From Myxococcota bacterium (GTDB lineage: Bacteria; Myxococcota_A; UBA9160; UBA4427): a DNA stretch of 64,000 nucleotides. The notes beneath the pieces are model-generated. The model made no database searches. It was not told where the DNA came from and saw only the letters and a program-made list of their open reading frames with translations. Position 1 is the stretch's first letter. Each line of letters starts with the position of its first letter. Location of the stretch: contig JASMLK010000144.1 in the NCBI GenBank assembly GCA_030748735.1, positions 47,383 through 111,382 on the forward strand, in the 5' to 3' direction. The position numbers and the translations under genes are program-made. Below are positions 11,352 through 21,568 of this stretch, piece after piece.

Positions 11352-12482
11352 GTGAGCAAGCGTGACTACTACGAGGTGCTCGGCGTCGATCGCGGCGTGG
11401 GCGAAGGGGATCTGAAAAAGGCCTATCGCAAGCTCGCGATGGAGCATCACCCCGATCGCAACCCCGACAACGCCGCGGCGGAGGAGAAGTTCAAGGAGCT
11501 CTCCGAGGCCTACGCGGTGCTGTCGGACCCCGAAAAGCGCAGTGCTTACGACCGCTTCGGCCATCAGGGGGTGGCGGGGGCGGGTGGCGCGCCCGACTTC
11601 GGCGACATGGGCGGCTTTGCGGACATCTTCGGAGACCTGTTCGGCGACATCTTCGGCGGTGGGCGAGGCAGTCGCGGCCGCGGCCAGCGCGGCGCCGACC
11701 TCCGATACAACCTCGAAATCAAGATGACGGACGTGCTCGAGGGGACCAAACCCAGCCTCGACATCCCCAAGATGAAGTCGTGCGAAACGTGCGAAGGCTC
11801 AGGCGCCCTCCCCGGTAGCAAGAAGCGCACGTGCGAGCGCTGCCAGGGCCACGGCCAGGTCATCTTCCAGCAGGGCTTCTTCCGTGTGAACCGCCCCTGC
11901 GACGCCTGTCAGGGCGCGGGTGAGGTGATCGAGGATCACTGCCGCGACTGCAGGGGGGCCGGCCGCGTCGAGACCGTGCAGACGATTCAGGTGACCGTGC
12001 CGGCGGGGGTCGAGGACGGTTCGCGGCTGCGGCTTTCGGGCGAAGGTGAGGCCGGGGTGGCGGGGGGACCGCCGGGCGATCTCTACGTGGTGATCGGCGT
12101 CCGGCCGCATCCGCTGTTCGAACGCGATGGCACCGACCTGCACTGCGAGATCCCGGTGCCCTTCGTGACGGCGGCGCTCGGCGGCGAAATCGAAGTCCCG
12201 ACCCTCGAGGGCAAGGTGAAGACCACCATTCCCGAGGGCACCCAGTCGGGCAAGATGCTGCGTCTGCGCGGCAAGGGGCTGCCTCCCCTCGACCCGCGGC
12301 GTCCCGTCGAGCAATTGAAGAAGATGCGCGGGAACTTCTACGCGCGAATCTTCGTCGAAGTCCCCAGCAAGCTGAATGCACGACAGCGCGAGTTGCTCGA
12401 GCAGTTTGCCGCCGAAACGGGGACGGAAGTCTCGCCCACGACCTCGGGTTTTCTCGATCGCTTGAAGGATTTCTTCGACTGA
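11352..12482 (+). CDS. dnaJ: Molecular chaperone DnaJ
   Basis: J domain with HPD, G/F-rich region, four CxxCxGxG repeats. Confidence 0.97.
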   Translation: MSKRDYYEVLGVDRGVGEGDLKKAYRKLAMEHHPDRNPDNAAAEEKFKELSEAYAVLSDPEKRSAYDRFGHQGVAGAGGAPDFGDMGGFADIFGDLFGDIFGGGRGSRGRGQRGADLRYNLEIKMTDVLEGTKPSLDIPKMKSCETCEGSGALPGSKKRTCERCQGHGQVIFQQGFFRVNRPCDACQGAGEVIEDHCRDCRGAGRVETVQTIQVTVPAGVEDGSRLRLSGEGEAGVAGGPPGDLYVVIGVRPHPLFERDGTDLHCEIPVPFVTAALGGEIEVPTLEGKVKTTIPEGTQSGKMLRLRGKGLPPLDPRRPVEQLKKMRGNFYARIFVEVPSKLNARQRELLEQFAAETGTEVSPTTSGFLDRLKDFFD

Positions 12483-12645
12483 TCCTGCGGGACCCGGTGC
12501 CTTGGCGAGTCGCATGATCCCGTCCGCGTGGGCTGTGGCTGGCAGAACCATTGCCGCGCTGCGTGCGTGATGCGAAGGTTCCCGCGCCAGAACGGCTCGT
12601 TTGGGCGTTGTAGGGCCATGGAGCGGGCGAGCCAGGGGGGGCGGG

Positions 12646-14859
12646 GTGACATCGAGGCACGCAAGGACGCTGCAGCGCGATCGTCTGAACGGACGCGTAT
12701 GTCTTCTCATCTGCGTCGCCTTCGCGGTTTCGTGCGCGGGAGGGCCCGCGCGCGAGGCGACCGACGCCGAGTACCGCGCCTTCGAGGCGGCGGCCCGCGC
12801 AGCACGCACCCAACCCGAAGAAGGCGTGCGCCGCTTCACCGAATTTCTGAACGAGAATCCGAAGAGCGCGTTGGCGGACGATGCGGCGGCACAGCTCGCC
12901 GAACTGTCGTTGCAAGCGGCCGACGAAGAGCGTGCCAAGGACTGGCTGTACCTGATCATTCGCGAATACCCTGGCGAAGACAACGCCGATCGCGCGCGGG
13001 TGCTGCTGGCCGGCATGGAGGCGCGGGCCGATCGTCCGCGCGACGCGCGTCGTCTGCTCGCGAAGGTTCGCTTCGCGCGGCTGCCCCCCGCCGAACGCCG
13101 ACTTGCCTACCGCCTGTTTGCCGACCTGAGTGACGATGCCGTCGACCGCCTGAGTTGGCAGGTGCGCGAACGACTGGCCGTACTCGAAGAACTCGAGGAC
13201 GCCGAATACGAATCGCCGGTGCTCGGTGGCGGGCTCGAAGACCTCGAACGCGAAATTGCCGCGTCGGTCGACGCGATGACGGACGAACACCTCGTGCGCG
13301 CGGGCAAGCTGCTGCGAGGCGAGGTGCCGTCGGGGCGGGCGCTTCTGCTGCTGGCGCGCCGCGCGCTTGAACGGGGCGAATTCCCCGAAGCCAGCGATTG
13401 GTTCCGCAAGGCCGACGGACTCGAGTTCTTGGGCGAAGACCAGGCGCTCTTCGACGAAGTCTCGCTCGCGGTCGAACTGCGCGAACGCATCGTCGACGGC
13501 GGTGAACGGCTGCCGAGTTTTCGCGACGTCGCCGCGCTGCCGCAGCCGGCCTACGAAACGGCGAAGGGCGTGATCGGTGTTGTGCTGCCGCTGTCGGGTC
13601 GCTTCGCACCGTACGGCGAGAAGAGCTTGCAGGGGGTTCTCGCGGCGGCGCGCATCTTCGATCCATCAGCGAGCATCGCGGCCGCGGGTGTTGACGCCGA
13701 CGACGCGGGCGAACCGTCGCGCGAAGCCGCAATTGCACTCGAGTCCGGTGACGAAGACGACTTCGACGATGCCGACGAAGGCCATGAAGAACAGACGCTG
13801 CGCCTCGTCATCCGCGACAGCGAAGGCACGGCGGAAGCAGCCGCCCTCGCCATCGAATCGCTGGCCGCCGAAAAAGACCTGGTTGCGATCATCGGTCCGC
13901 TCCTTGGTGACACGGCCGAAGCGGCGGCCCCCATTGCGGACGAGCTCGGCATTCCGTTGATCGCGCTGACGTCGCGCGAAGAAGTGCCGCAGAACCGTTC
14001 CTACGTCTTCCGCCTGCGCACGTCCCCGCGCGACGAAATCCGCACCCTGATCGATCACGCCTCCAACGAACTCGGCGCCGAGCGCTACGCGATCCTGTAC
14101 CCGAAGGACAACTACGGGCGCGGGATGCGGGACCACTTCTGGGAAGCGGTGTCGCAGGCCGGGGGCAAGGTGGTGGCTTCGTCGGGCTACGACATCACGG
14201 CGACCGACTTCGCCGAGCCGATTCGCAACATGATCGGCTTTGCGCTGCTCACACGCGCCGAAAAGGCGGCACTCGAGAATCGCGACAAGCTGATTCGTAG
14301 CGCCCGCCGCCTCGAACCGGAAGACGCGCGAATGGTTCGCGAGATCGCCTATGCGATCCCCGGACCCGAAGGCGACCCACTGCCGCCCCAGGTCGACTTC
14401 GATGTTCTCTTCATCCCCGACGGCCACAACAAGATCGTCTTGATCGCGCCGCAGCTGACCTTCCACGAGATCGATGGGGTCAGCCTGCTGGGGCCGAGCG
14501 GTTGGAACCATCCCGAACTCGTCACCATCGGTCGCGCCCATGTTCGCGGTGCTGTGATCTCGGCACTGTTTCACGAGGGAAGTGCTTTTCCGTTCGTCTC
14601 GAACTTCGTCGATGGCTACGAGCAGACCTTCGCGGGCACCCCCGATGTCTTTGCCGCTCACGGCTACGACGCCGCGCGCCTCGTGATGGCGCAGCTGGTG
14701 GCGGGTGCGGAAACGCGCGAAGGGGTGCGCAACGGCATTCTTCGCACGCAGGCCTTCCCGGGCGCATCGGGTGTGATCAACATCTCGCCCGACGGCAACG
14801 CGCGCAAGCGCCCCTTCCTGCTCAAGGTTCGCGGCGGCCGGTTGATCTCTCTCGATTGA
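12646..14859 (+). CDS. Penicillin-binding protein activator (LpoA-like) lipoprotein: helical N-terminus plus periplasmic-binding-protein-like C-terminus
   Basis: Lipobox VAFAVSC; IGVVLPLSG, AIIGPL, FDVLFIPD, AAHGYDAA, FPGASG motifs of the LppC/LpoA-type C-domain. Confidence 0.75.
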   Translation: MTSRHARTLQRDRLNGRVCLLICVAFAVSCAGGPAREATDAEYRAFEAAARAARTQPEEGVRRFTEFLNENPKSALADDAAAQLAELSLQAADEERAKDWLYLIIREYPGEDNADRARVLLAGMEARADRPRDARRLLAKVRFARLPPAERRLAYRLFADLSDDAVDRLSWQVRERLAVLEELEDAEYESPVLGGGLEDLEREIAASVDAMTDEHLVRAGKLLRGEVPSGRALLLLARRALERGEFPEASDWFRKADGLEFLGEDQALFDEVSLAVELRERIVDGGERLPSFRDVAALPQPAYETAKGVIGVVLPLSGRFAPYGEKSLQGVLAAARIFDPSASIAAAGVDADDAGEPSREAAIALESGDEDDFDDADEGHEEQTLRLVIRDSEGTAEAAALAIESLAAEKDLVAIIGPLLGDTAEAAAPIADELGIPLIALTSREEVPQNRSYVFRLRTSPRDEIRTLIDHASNELGAERYAILYPKDNYGRGMRDHFWEAVSQAGGKVVASSGYDITATDFAEPIRNMIGFALLTRAEKAALENRDKLIRSARRLEPEDARMVREIAYAIPGPEGDPLPPQVDFDVLFIPDGHNKIVLIAPQLTFHEIDGVSLLGPSGWNHPELVTIGRAHVRGAVISALFHEGSAFPFVSNFVDGYEQTFAGTPDVFAAHGYDAARLVMAQLVAGAETREGVRNGILRTQAFPGASGVINISPDGNARKRPFLLKVRGGRLISLD

Positions 14860-15133
14860 CCGCGTGACGCATTCTCGAAGCCAGTTCAATTTGGTTTCAG
14901 TTATCCGGCGTGCGCGGTCTTTCTCGGGGATTCACTGCGTGATTCGCTGACCCATGGAGTCTATTCGACAGATCGCGAACCCTCTTTTGGATCGCGTGAA
15001 GGGTTTTCGCCGGTAAGTTGCCAATCGCCCGCGCGCGCGGGTGTTTTGGCCTTTTTCGAGAAGAACGTTTCGCGTTGTCGACGATCGTTTTGGTCTCTCA
15101 AGTCGTTCTGGCGCACGGTCGAAAGGCGCCTTG

Positions 15134-17545
15134 ATGATTGAGACTCCCCCCGAGAACCTTTCCCAGGAAGAACTGCCGCTCCTCCCGCTGAGGGAATTCG
15201 TCCTCTTCCCCTACATGGTGCTTCCGCTCTTCGTGGCGCGGGAATCGTCGATCGCCGCCGTCCAGGACGCGCTGGCGGGCGATCGTCTGATCCTGCTCGT
15301 GGCCCAGCGCGACCCCGAAACCGAAGAGCCGAGCAGCGAAGACCTCTACAGCGTCGGCACCGTCGCGATGGTGATGCGCAGCCTGCGCATGCCCGACGGA
15401 CGCCTGAAGGTGATGCTGCAGGGCCTTTCGAAGGCCCGCATCGACGCTTTCGTGGACAAGGAATCGAGCCACTGGGCTCGCGTGACCACGCTGCCGAGCG
15501 AAGACGGCGAAGATTGGTGCGTCGAAAGTGAAGCGCTCGTGCGCGCCGTGCGGACCCGGGTCGAAGAACTCCTGCCGCTCAAGAATCTTCCGCCCGAGGT
15601 GTTGTCGATTACGACCAACATCGACAAGGCGGGCCGCCTGGCCGACATCGTCGCGTCGAACCTCCGCCTGCGGCTTCCCGAAGCCCAGGAAGTGCTCGAG
15701 GTGAACGATCCCCTCGCGCGGCTTCGCAAGGTCGATACGCTGGTGCGCCGCGAGCTCGAAGTCACCACGATGCAGGCCGAGATCCAGTATCAGGCCAAGG
15801 AAGAGATGTCGCGCGGCCAACGCGAAGTCTTCTTGCGTGAGCAACTGCGCGCGATCCAGAACGAACTCGGCGAAGTCGACCCGCGCGGCGAAGAAAGCGA
15901 CGAATATCGCTTCAAGGTCGAAGAGGCGGGTCTTTCGGCTGAAGCGCTGGAAGAGTCGCTGCGCCAGCTGCGTCGCCTCGAGCGCATGCATCCCGACGGC
16001 CCCGAGGCCCAGGTGGTGCGCAACTATCTCGACTGGATCGTCGATCTGCCGTGGTCGACGACCTCGCCGGACCGGCTCGATCTAGAGAACGCCCGAACGA
16101 TCCTCGACGCGGACCACGCGCATCTCGACGGTGTGAAGGAGCGCATCCTGGAATTCCTCGGTGTGCGCAAGCTACGCCAGGATTCGCGGGGGCCGATCCT
16201 CTGCTTCGTCGGCCCGCCCGGCGTCGGCAAGACGTCCCTCGGTCGCTCGATCGCCCGCTCGATGGGTCGCGAGTTCGTGCGCATCTCGCTCGGTGGCGTG
16301 CGTGACGAAGCCGAAGTTCGCGGTCATCGCCGCACTTATGTGGGCGCGTTGCCGGGTCGCATCATCCAGGCGCTGAAGACCGCGGGCACGAACAACCCCG
16401 TCTTCATGCTCGACGAACTCGACAAGTTGGGTGCCGACTATCGCGGAGACCCGTCTTCTGCTCTGCTCGAAGTCCTCGACCCCGAGCAGAATTCGAAGTT
16501 CAGCGACCATTTCCTGAGCGTCCCCTTCGATCTCTCGAAGGTGCTCTTCATTGCCACCGCGAACGCTCTCGATCCGATCCCCGGACCGCTGCGCGATCGC
16601 ATGGAGATCATCCGCCTCTCGGGATACACGCCCGAAGAAAAGAGCGCGATCGCGAGTCGCTTCCTGATCCCGCGGCAGACCGCCGAGCACGGGCTCCTGC
16701 CGAGCCAGGTCGACTGGTCGAGCGGTGCGGTGGACAAGATCTGCAACGGCTACACGCAGGAAGCCGGTGTGCGTAACCTCGAACGTCAGGTTGCGCAGGT
16801 GTGCCGGAAGATCGCGCGCCAGACCGCCGAGGGGAACACGGACGTCACCAAGGTGACGACCCGCAACCTCAAGAACTACCTGGGTGCCGAGCGCTACCAG
16901 GGCGAAGGCCGTGGCGATCGCAGCGAAGTTGGTGTTGCGAACGGGCTGGCCTGGACCGAAGCCGGTGGCGAAATGCTCACCATCGAAGCGACGCTCACCA
17001 GCGGCGAAGGGTTGATCCTGACCGGACAGCTGGGCGATGTGATGAAGGAATCGGTGCAGACGGCGCTGAGCTTCGCGCGCTCGATCCTCTGCGACCTCGG
17101 CCTCGACGAACGTTGTCTCACCGCGAACCAGGTGCACGTCCACGTGCCGGCGGGGGCCACGCCCAAGGACGGCCCCTCGGCGGGTGTCACGATGGCGACG
17201 GCGTTGCTTTCGCTCGCGACCAACAACCCGATTCGCTCCGACGTCGCCATGACGGGCGAAGTCACCCTGCGCGGCCATGTGCTGCCGGTTGGCGGCATTC
17301 GCGAAAAGGCACTGGCAGCACTTCGCCAGGGCATCACCAAGGTGATCGTGCCCGCCTCGTGCATGGCCGAGGTCGAGGAGATCCCCAAGGAGCTCAAGCG
17401 CAAGCTCACCTTCGTTCCGGTGAAGAGCATGCGCGAGGTGCTCGACGCGAGCCTCGAGAGCCCGCTCGTCTGGCGAAGTTCCGAAGCGGGACCACCGATC
17501 GTGGCGCACTCGTCGGGACCGGTGGCATCCGTCAAGGGAAGCTGA
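15134..17545 (+). CDS. lon: ATP-dependent protease La (Lon)
   Basis: LPLLPLR N-domain, Walker A GPPGVGKT, RGHRRTYVGALPG, PKDGPSAG catalytic Ser. Confidence 0.97.
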   Translation: MIETPPENLSQEELPLLPLREFVLFPYMVLPLFVARESSIAAVQDALAGDRLILLVAQRDPETEEPSSEDLYSVGTVAMVMRSLRMPDGRLKVMLQGLSKARIDAFVDKESSHWARVTTLPSEDGEDWCVESEALVRAVRTRVEELLPLKNLPPEVLSITTNIDKAGRLADIVASNLRLRLPEAQEVLEVNDPLARLRKVDTLVRRELEVTTMQAEIQYQAKEEMSRGQREVFLREQLRAIQNELGEVDPRGEESDEYRFKVEEAGLSAEALEESLRQLRRLERMHPDGPEAQVVRNYLDWIVDLPWSTTSPDRLDLENARTILDADHAHLDGVKERILEFLGVRKLRQDSRGPILCFVGPPGVGKTSLGRSIARSMGREFVRISLGGVRDEAEVRGHRRTYVGALPGRIIQALKTAGTNNPVFMLDELDKLGADYRGDPSSALLEVLDPEQNSKFSDHFLSVPFDLSKVLFIATANALDPIPGPLRDRMEIIRLSGYTPEEKSAIASRFLIPRQTAEHGLLPSQVDWSSGAVDKICNGYTQEAGVRNLERQVAQVCRKIARQTAEGNTDVTKVTTRNLKNYLGAERYQGEGRGDRSEVGVANGLAWTEAGGEMLTIEATLTSGEGLILTGQLGDVMKESVQTALSFARSILCDLGLDERCLTANQVHVHVPAGATPKDGPSAGVTMATALLSLATNNPIRSDVAMTGEVTLRGHVLPVGGIREKALAALRQGITKVIVPASCMAEVEEIPKELKRKLTFVPVKSMREVLDASLESPLVWRSSEAGPPIVAHSSGPVASVKGS

Positions 17546-17597
17546 GCGTCCGGGTTTCGTCCTTTGCAGTGCGCATGTGCGGGCTACGCTGCCCGCA

Positions 17598-18563
17598 ATG
17601 TCGACTCTCGGTGAGCTTGGCGAATTCGATCTGATCGCCCGGATCCGCGCGCGCGCTGGCGCTGCGCGCGGTTCACAGGTGGTGGTCGGCATCGGTGACG
17701 ACGCCGCCGTACTTCGGCCCCGTGCGGGCGAAGACCTCGTGGTGTCGACCGACACCCTGGTCGAGGACGTTCACTTCCGTTTTCGCAACCAGGCGCCGGC
17801 TACGATCGGGCGGCGCGCGCTGCGCGTGAACCTTTCCGATCTCGCTGCGATGGGTGCGCGGCCGCTCGGCTTCACGTTGGCGCTTTCGGCGCCGCCGAAG
17901 CTTCCGGTCCCGACGATCGATGCACTGCTTCGCGGGCTACTCGCCGACGCCGATGACTACGACTGCCCCCTGGTGGGGGGGAACATCGCGCGTGCTGACG
18001 ACGTGCAACTCGCAGTGACGGCCTTTGGCTCGGTGCCTCGCGGCCGCGCGCTGCGACGCGATGCTGCGCGGGCGGGTGACCGGGTATTCGTGACGGGAAC
18101 GCTCGGCGCCGCCGGGCTCGCACTCGTGCGAAGCGAACGCCAGGGATCCCGGCTGCGAACGCTTCCCGAGCCTCGCGTCGCAGCCGGCCGCGCGCTGATT
18201 CGCCGGCGTGACGTCGGCGCGTGTATCGACGTTTCGGACGGCCTCGCCTCGGACCTCGGGCACGTGCTTTCTGCTTCGGACGTGGGCGCCGTGATCGATC
18301 CCGCCGCACTTCCTCTACCGCGTGGCTTTGGCGCCGCCTGCGCGCGTGAGGGGCTCGACCCGACCGCGGTCGCGACCCGGGCAGGAGAAGACTACGAGCT
18401 GCTCTTCACGCTGCGGAGGAGGAAGGGGCGAGCCCAGGGTCGGGAACCCACGCCCGCCCGCCTCGCAAAGCAGCTCGGGGTGCCGGTCAGCGAGATCGGG
18501 CAGATCGTCGCGGGGCGCGGGCTGCGTGGTCTCGCGAGTGGCACGGGCTTCCGTCACTTCTGA
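17598..18563 (+). CDS. thiL: Thiamine-monophosphate kinase
   Basis: GEFDLI, GIGDDAA, NLSDLAAMGA, DVSDGL, GEDYELLF. Confidence 0.95.
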   Translation: MSTLGELGEFDLIARIRARAGAARGSQVVVGIGDDAAVLRPRAGEDLVVSTDTLVEDVHFRFRNQAPATIGRRALRVNLSDLAAMGARPLGFTLALSAPPKLPVPTIDALLRGLLADADDYDCPLVGGNIARADDVQLAVTAFGSVPRGRALRRDAARAGDRVFVTGTLGAAGLALVRSERQGSRLRTLPEPRVAAGRALIRRRDVGACIDVSDGLASDLGHVLSASDVGAVIDPAALPLPRGFGAACAREGLDPTAVATRAGEDYELLFTLRRRKGRAQGREPTPARLAKQLGVPVSEIGQIVAGRGLRGLASGTGFRHF

Positions 18564-18739
18564 GCGACGCGCGAACCGCGCTGTGCGCGTGTGGGGTCAT
18601 GTCATGACGTGGTCATGCGCAGCTCGCATGCAACTCGCTGCAGGCGCGAAGTTGCGCATCGATGGTGGGCGCTGAATTCCGGCGTTCCTGCATCTCACAG
18701 TCCATCAAGGTGCGCTTTCGGAGGACCGATAGGCCGTGG

Positions 18740-20032
18740 GTGCGAATCGTCCTTACCCACAAATTCGTCCTCGGCTCGCTGTTGGTTGCGGCGTCGGCTG
18801 CAGTGTTGCCGGGGGGCATCCGGGCCCTTGGCTTCGACTTCCCCGAGTGGGGCTCGGTGTTCGTTGCACTCTGTGTCGGAGGCTGTCTCGGGTTTGCGAT
18901 CTCGCGCAGCCTCGGCCAGCGCTTCGAAGATCTTCGCGATGCAACCGAACGCATTCGCAGCGGTGACCTCACGGTCGAGTTGTCTCGCACGAAGCCGAGT
19001 TTCGTGGTCGACGAAACCGACGACCTCGCCTTGAGTGTGCGCGGCATGCTCGAACGTTTGAACGCTTTCGTGGGTGGAGTGCAGGAAAGCGCCAACGCCG
19101 TAAACGGTGCGGCCCAGGACCTGGCGCGTGAAATCGGGCGCGTACGCGAAGGCAACGAAGGCATCTCTTCCACCGTTGCGCGCGCGGCCGAAGGCAACTC
19201 GCGGCAACGCCATCTCTTCCAGCGCACCAACGCGATCATCGGAGAGATCTCTTCCGAAGTCGAACTCAACGCCGGACGGGCACGCGAGGCCTTTGGCTTC
19301 GCCACGGAAGCAAATCAGAAGGCCAGCAGCGGCGTCGAAGTCTCACAGCTCGCGATCGACAAGATGCGCATGGTGTTCGAGCGCGTCGAACAGACCGGCG
19401 CCATGGTGTTCGACCTCGAAGCGAAGACGAGCCACGTGCATCAGATCACCGAGATCATCACCAGCGTCGCCCATCGCACGAACCTGCTTTCCCTCAATGC
19501 GTCGATCGAAGCCGCGCGCGCGGGCGAAGCCGGGCGCGGCTTTTCGGTGGTGGCCGACGAGATTCGCAAGCTTTCCGAAAGTGCCGGCAAGAGTGCCGAC
19601 GAGATCTCGAAGCTCGTTCACGAGATCCAGTCCGACACGCGCGAAGTCGCGAACGAGATGCGCAAGAGCAGCGAAGTGATCAGTGAAGGCCGCGAGGACG
19701 TGAACACGATCGCGGATTCACTCGGCGAGATCAGCATGGCAGTTGGTGAAGCGGCCGCACGTTCGGAAGAGATCTTCCACGGCGCCGACAACCACGCGAT
19801 GAGTGCCGAGCGCATGGTGACGTCGATGAGCGAACTCAAGTCGAGCGCCGAAGACAACGACGCTGCGCAGGAAGAGATTTCCCGCATGGCTTCGGGCCAG
19901 CTGCAGGCAGTGTCGAAGATCGTCGAGGGTTCGCAAGAACTGCTGACGGTGGCCGAAGCACTGCGCGAGCACCTGAGCTTCTACCGCACCGCGCAGTCGG
20001 AACCGGCGGAAGAGACGGGAGACTCGGCGTGA
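18740..20032 (+). CDS. Methyl-accepting chemotaxis protein, DifA-like (two adjacent TM helices, no periplasmic sensor, HAMP, signalling domain)
   Basis: [32 protein letters not shown] hairpin signature; only a few residues separate the two hydrophobic segments. Confidence 0.93.
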   Translation: MRIVLTHKFVLGSLLVAASAAVLPGGIRALGFDFPEWGSVFVALCVGGCLGFAISRSLGQRFEDLRDATERIRSGDLTVELSRTKPSFVVDETDDLALSVRGMLERLNAFVGGVQESANAVNGAAQDLAREIGRVREGNEGISSTVARAAEGNSRQRHLFQRTNAIIGEISSEVELNAGRAREAFGFATEANQKASSGVEVSQLAIDKMRMVFERVEQTGAMVFDLEAKTSHVHQITEIITSVAHRTNLLSLNASIEAARAGEAGRGFSVVADEIRKLSESAGKSADEISKLVHEIQSDTREVANEMRKSSEVISEGREDVNTIADSLGEISMAVGEAAARSEEIFHGADNHAMSAERMVTSMSELKSSAEDNDAAQEEISRMASGQLQAVSKIVEGSQELLTVAEALREHLSFYRTAQSEPAEETGDSA

Positions 20033-20529
20033 GCGCCCCCGTTTCGAGCCCTCCGACCAGCCAGCGTCTGATGATCTTCGAGGTGGCGGGCCACCCCTTT
20101 GCGCTGCCCATTTCGGAGGTCCTCGAAGTGGTGGAACAAAGTGGTGTTCGCTGCATACCCACTCTTTCGAAGAGTACAGGCGGTGTCATGAACTGGCACG
20201 GGGAAGCCCTGCCCGTGATCGCGTCGCATCTGCTGCTCGGCGGAGACGCGATGCCCGAACGCGGTGCCGACGAAGTGCAGCCGTTCCTCGTCGTGAGCGA
20301 CCGACCCGACGGAGGTCGACAGCTTGGCTTGCCGATCGATCACGTGTGCGGGCTCGTCAATGGCGAGCGCGGACGCCCCGCAGGCAACGAAGTCGTGGTC
20401 GAGCGTCGCACCCTCGACGGCCGCGTCGTGAGCCTCGTGAACCCCCAGCGCCTCGTCGCGCAGGCCGAAGAAGTCATCGAACGAAATTCGTCCCGCTACC
20501 CGTCGGGTGCCGGGCAAGCCACACCTTAA
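20029..20529 (+). CDS. cheW: CheW-like coupling protein (DifC-like)
   Basis: [13 protein letters not shown]...[21 protein letters not shown]; overlaps the MCP stop. Confidence 0.85.
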   Translation: MSAPVSSPPTSQRLMIFEVAGHPFALPISEVLEVVEQSGVRCIPTLSKSTGGVMNWHGEALPVIASHLLLGGDAMPERGADEVQPFLVVSDRPDGGRQLGLPIDHVCGLVNGERGRPAGNEVVVERRTLDGRVVSLVNPQRLVAQAEEVIERNSSRYPSGAGQATP

Positions 20530-20622
20530 CCCGGATTATTCATGAAGCCCTGCTGCGAAGCCCGAAAGCACTGCCATTTCACGGCCTTCTCCCTACGGGC
20601 TTCATGAATAATCCGGGTTAAG
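20525..20622. mobile_element. MITE-like element: perfect 26-bp terminal inverted repeats around a 46-bp core, TTAA at both ends
   Basis: cttaacccggattattcatgaagccc (20525-20550) and gggcttcatgaataatccgggttaag (20597-20622); a further 21-bp copy at 139-159. Confidence 0.75.
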
Positions 20623-20648
20623 CAACGAGCAACAAGCCAGGAGACTCC

Positions 20649-21029
20649 ATGAAAGCTCGAGTACTGATTGCAGATGATGCGTCCTTCATGCGCCAGATGA
20701 TCCGCGAGATCATCGAGCCCGAAGGCTACGAAGTCGTGGGTGAGGCGACCAACGGCATCGAGGCCGTGGACCAGTTTCTCGAACTGCGTCCCGACCTGGT
20801 GACGATGGACATCGTGATGCCGAAGCGCTCCGGCATCGACGCGGTGAAGGGCATCCTCGCCGAAGACCCGCAGGCCCGCGTCGTGATGTGCAGCGCGCTG
20901 GGGCAGGAGACCCTCGTGACCGAAGCGATCCAGGCCGGTGCGAAGGACTTCATCGTGAAGCCGTTCAAGCCCGACGCCGTGATCGCGACGCTCGGCAGGG
21001 TCCTCGACAAGAGCGACGACGAGGCGTAA
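20649..21029 (+). CDS. cheY: CheY-like response regulator (DifD-like)
   Basis: VLIADD, LVTMDIVMP, SALGQ, FIVKPF; GGAG RBS. Confidence 0.93.
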   Translation: MKARVLIADDASFMRQMIREIIEPEGYEVVGEATNGIEAVDQFLELRPDLVTMDIVMPKRSGIDAVKGILAEDPQARVVMCSALGQETLVTEAIQAGAKDFIVKPFKPDAVIATLGRVLDKSDDEA

Positions 21030-21032
21030 GAC

Positions 21033-21545
21033 GTGGCGCTCGACATGGGTAGATTCAGGGCGCTCTTCCTCGAAGAGGCCGCCGAGCAGCTCGCGGAGAT
21101 CAGCCGCGCCTTGCTCGAGCTCGAAAAGGACACGGCTTCGGTCGAGTCCATCGACACGATCTTTCGTATGGCGCATTCGATCAAATCGATGGCGGCGTCC
21201 GTGGGATACGACTCGGTCGAGCAGGTTGCCCATGCCCTCGAAGACCGCATGGAGGGGATTCGTGCGAGCGGCTGCGTGCCGCCCGGCGATTCGCTCTCGG
21301 TCTTGTTCCGCGGACTCGACGGCCTCGAACAGATGGTCGAAGTCGTCCGCGAAACCGACGAGCCGCCGCCGCCGCGTCCGGAACTCGTCGAGCAGCTGTC
21401 TGCGCCCGACGAGGCATCGGCTGAACCCGCTGCGCTCTCGGCGGAACCGGAACCGCCCGACGCCGCGGAGCTGGACGTCGCGCTCGTCGCGGTGATGAAC
21501 GCCCTCGAGGCGGAGTCCGGAGCAAAAAAAAAACTCTTGAACTGA
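21033..21545 (+). CDS. cheA: CheA P1 (Hpt) domain ORF; N-terminal part of a split or frameshifted cheA
   Basis: LFLEEA...IFRMAHSIKSMAA (phospho-His)...AHALED, then a Pro/Glu/Ala linker ending GAKKKLLN*. Confidence 0.88.
   Translation: MALDMGRFRALFLEEAAEQLAEISRALLELEKDTASVESIDTIFRMAHSIKSMAASVGYDSVEQVAHALEDRMEGIRASGCVPPGDSLSVLFRGLDGLEQMVEVVRETDEPPPPRPELVEQLSAPDEASAEPAALSAEPEPPDAAELDVALVAVMNALEAESGAKKKLLN
21524..21533 (+). other. A10 homopolymer at the cheA frame junction (candidate -1 frameshift or transcriptional slippage site)
   Basis: gc-AAAAAAAAAA-ctcttgaactga; zero frame stops at 21543-21545, while the -1 frame is open from the tract into the kinase ORF. Confidence 0.7.
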
Positions 21546-21568
21546 CTCCGGTCGTCGCGCGCGACGAA

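Noticed and set aside
14860-15130. Structured ncRNA upstream of lon
   Set aside because: Only an imperfect hairpin in AT-richer promoter-like sequence; no recognisable family features.
18564-18739. Sigma54 promoter for the chemosensory operon
   Set aside because: The best candidate (aGGcgcgaagttGC) has GG-N9-GC, not the required N10 spacing.
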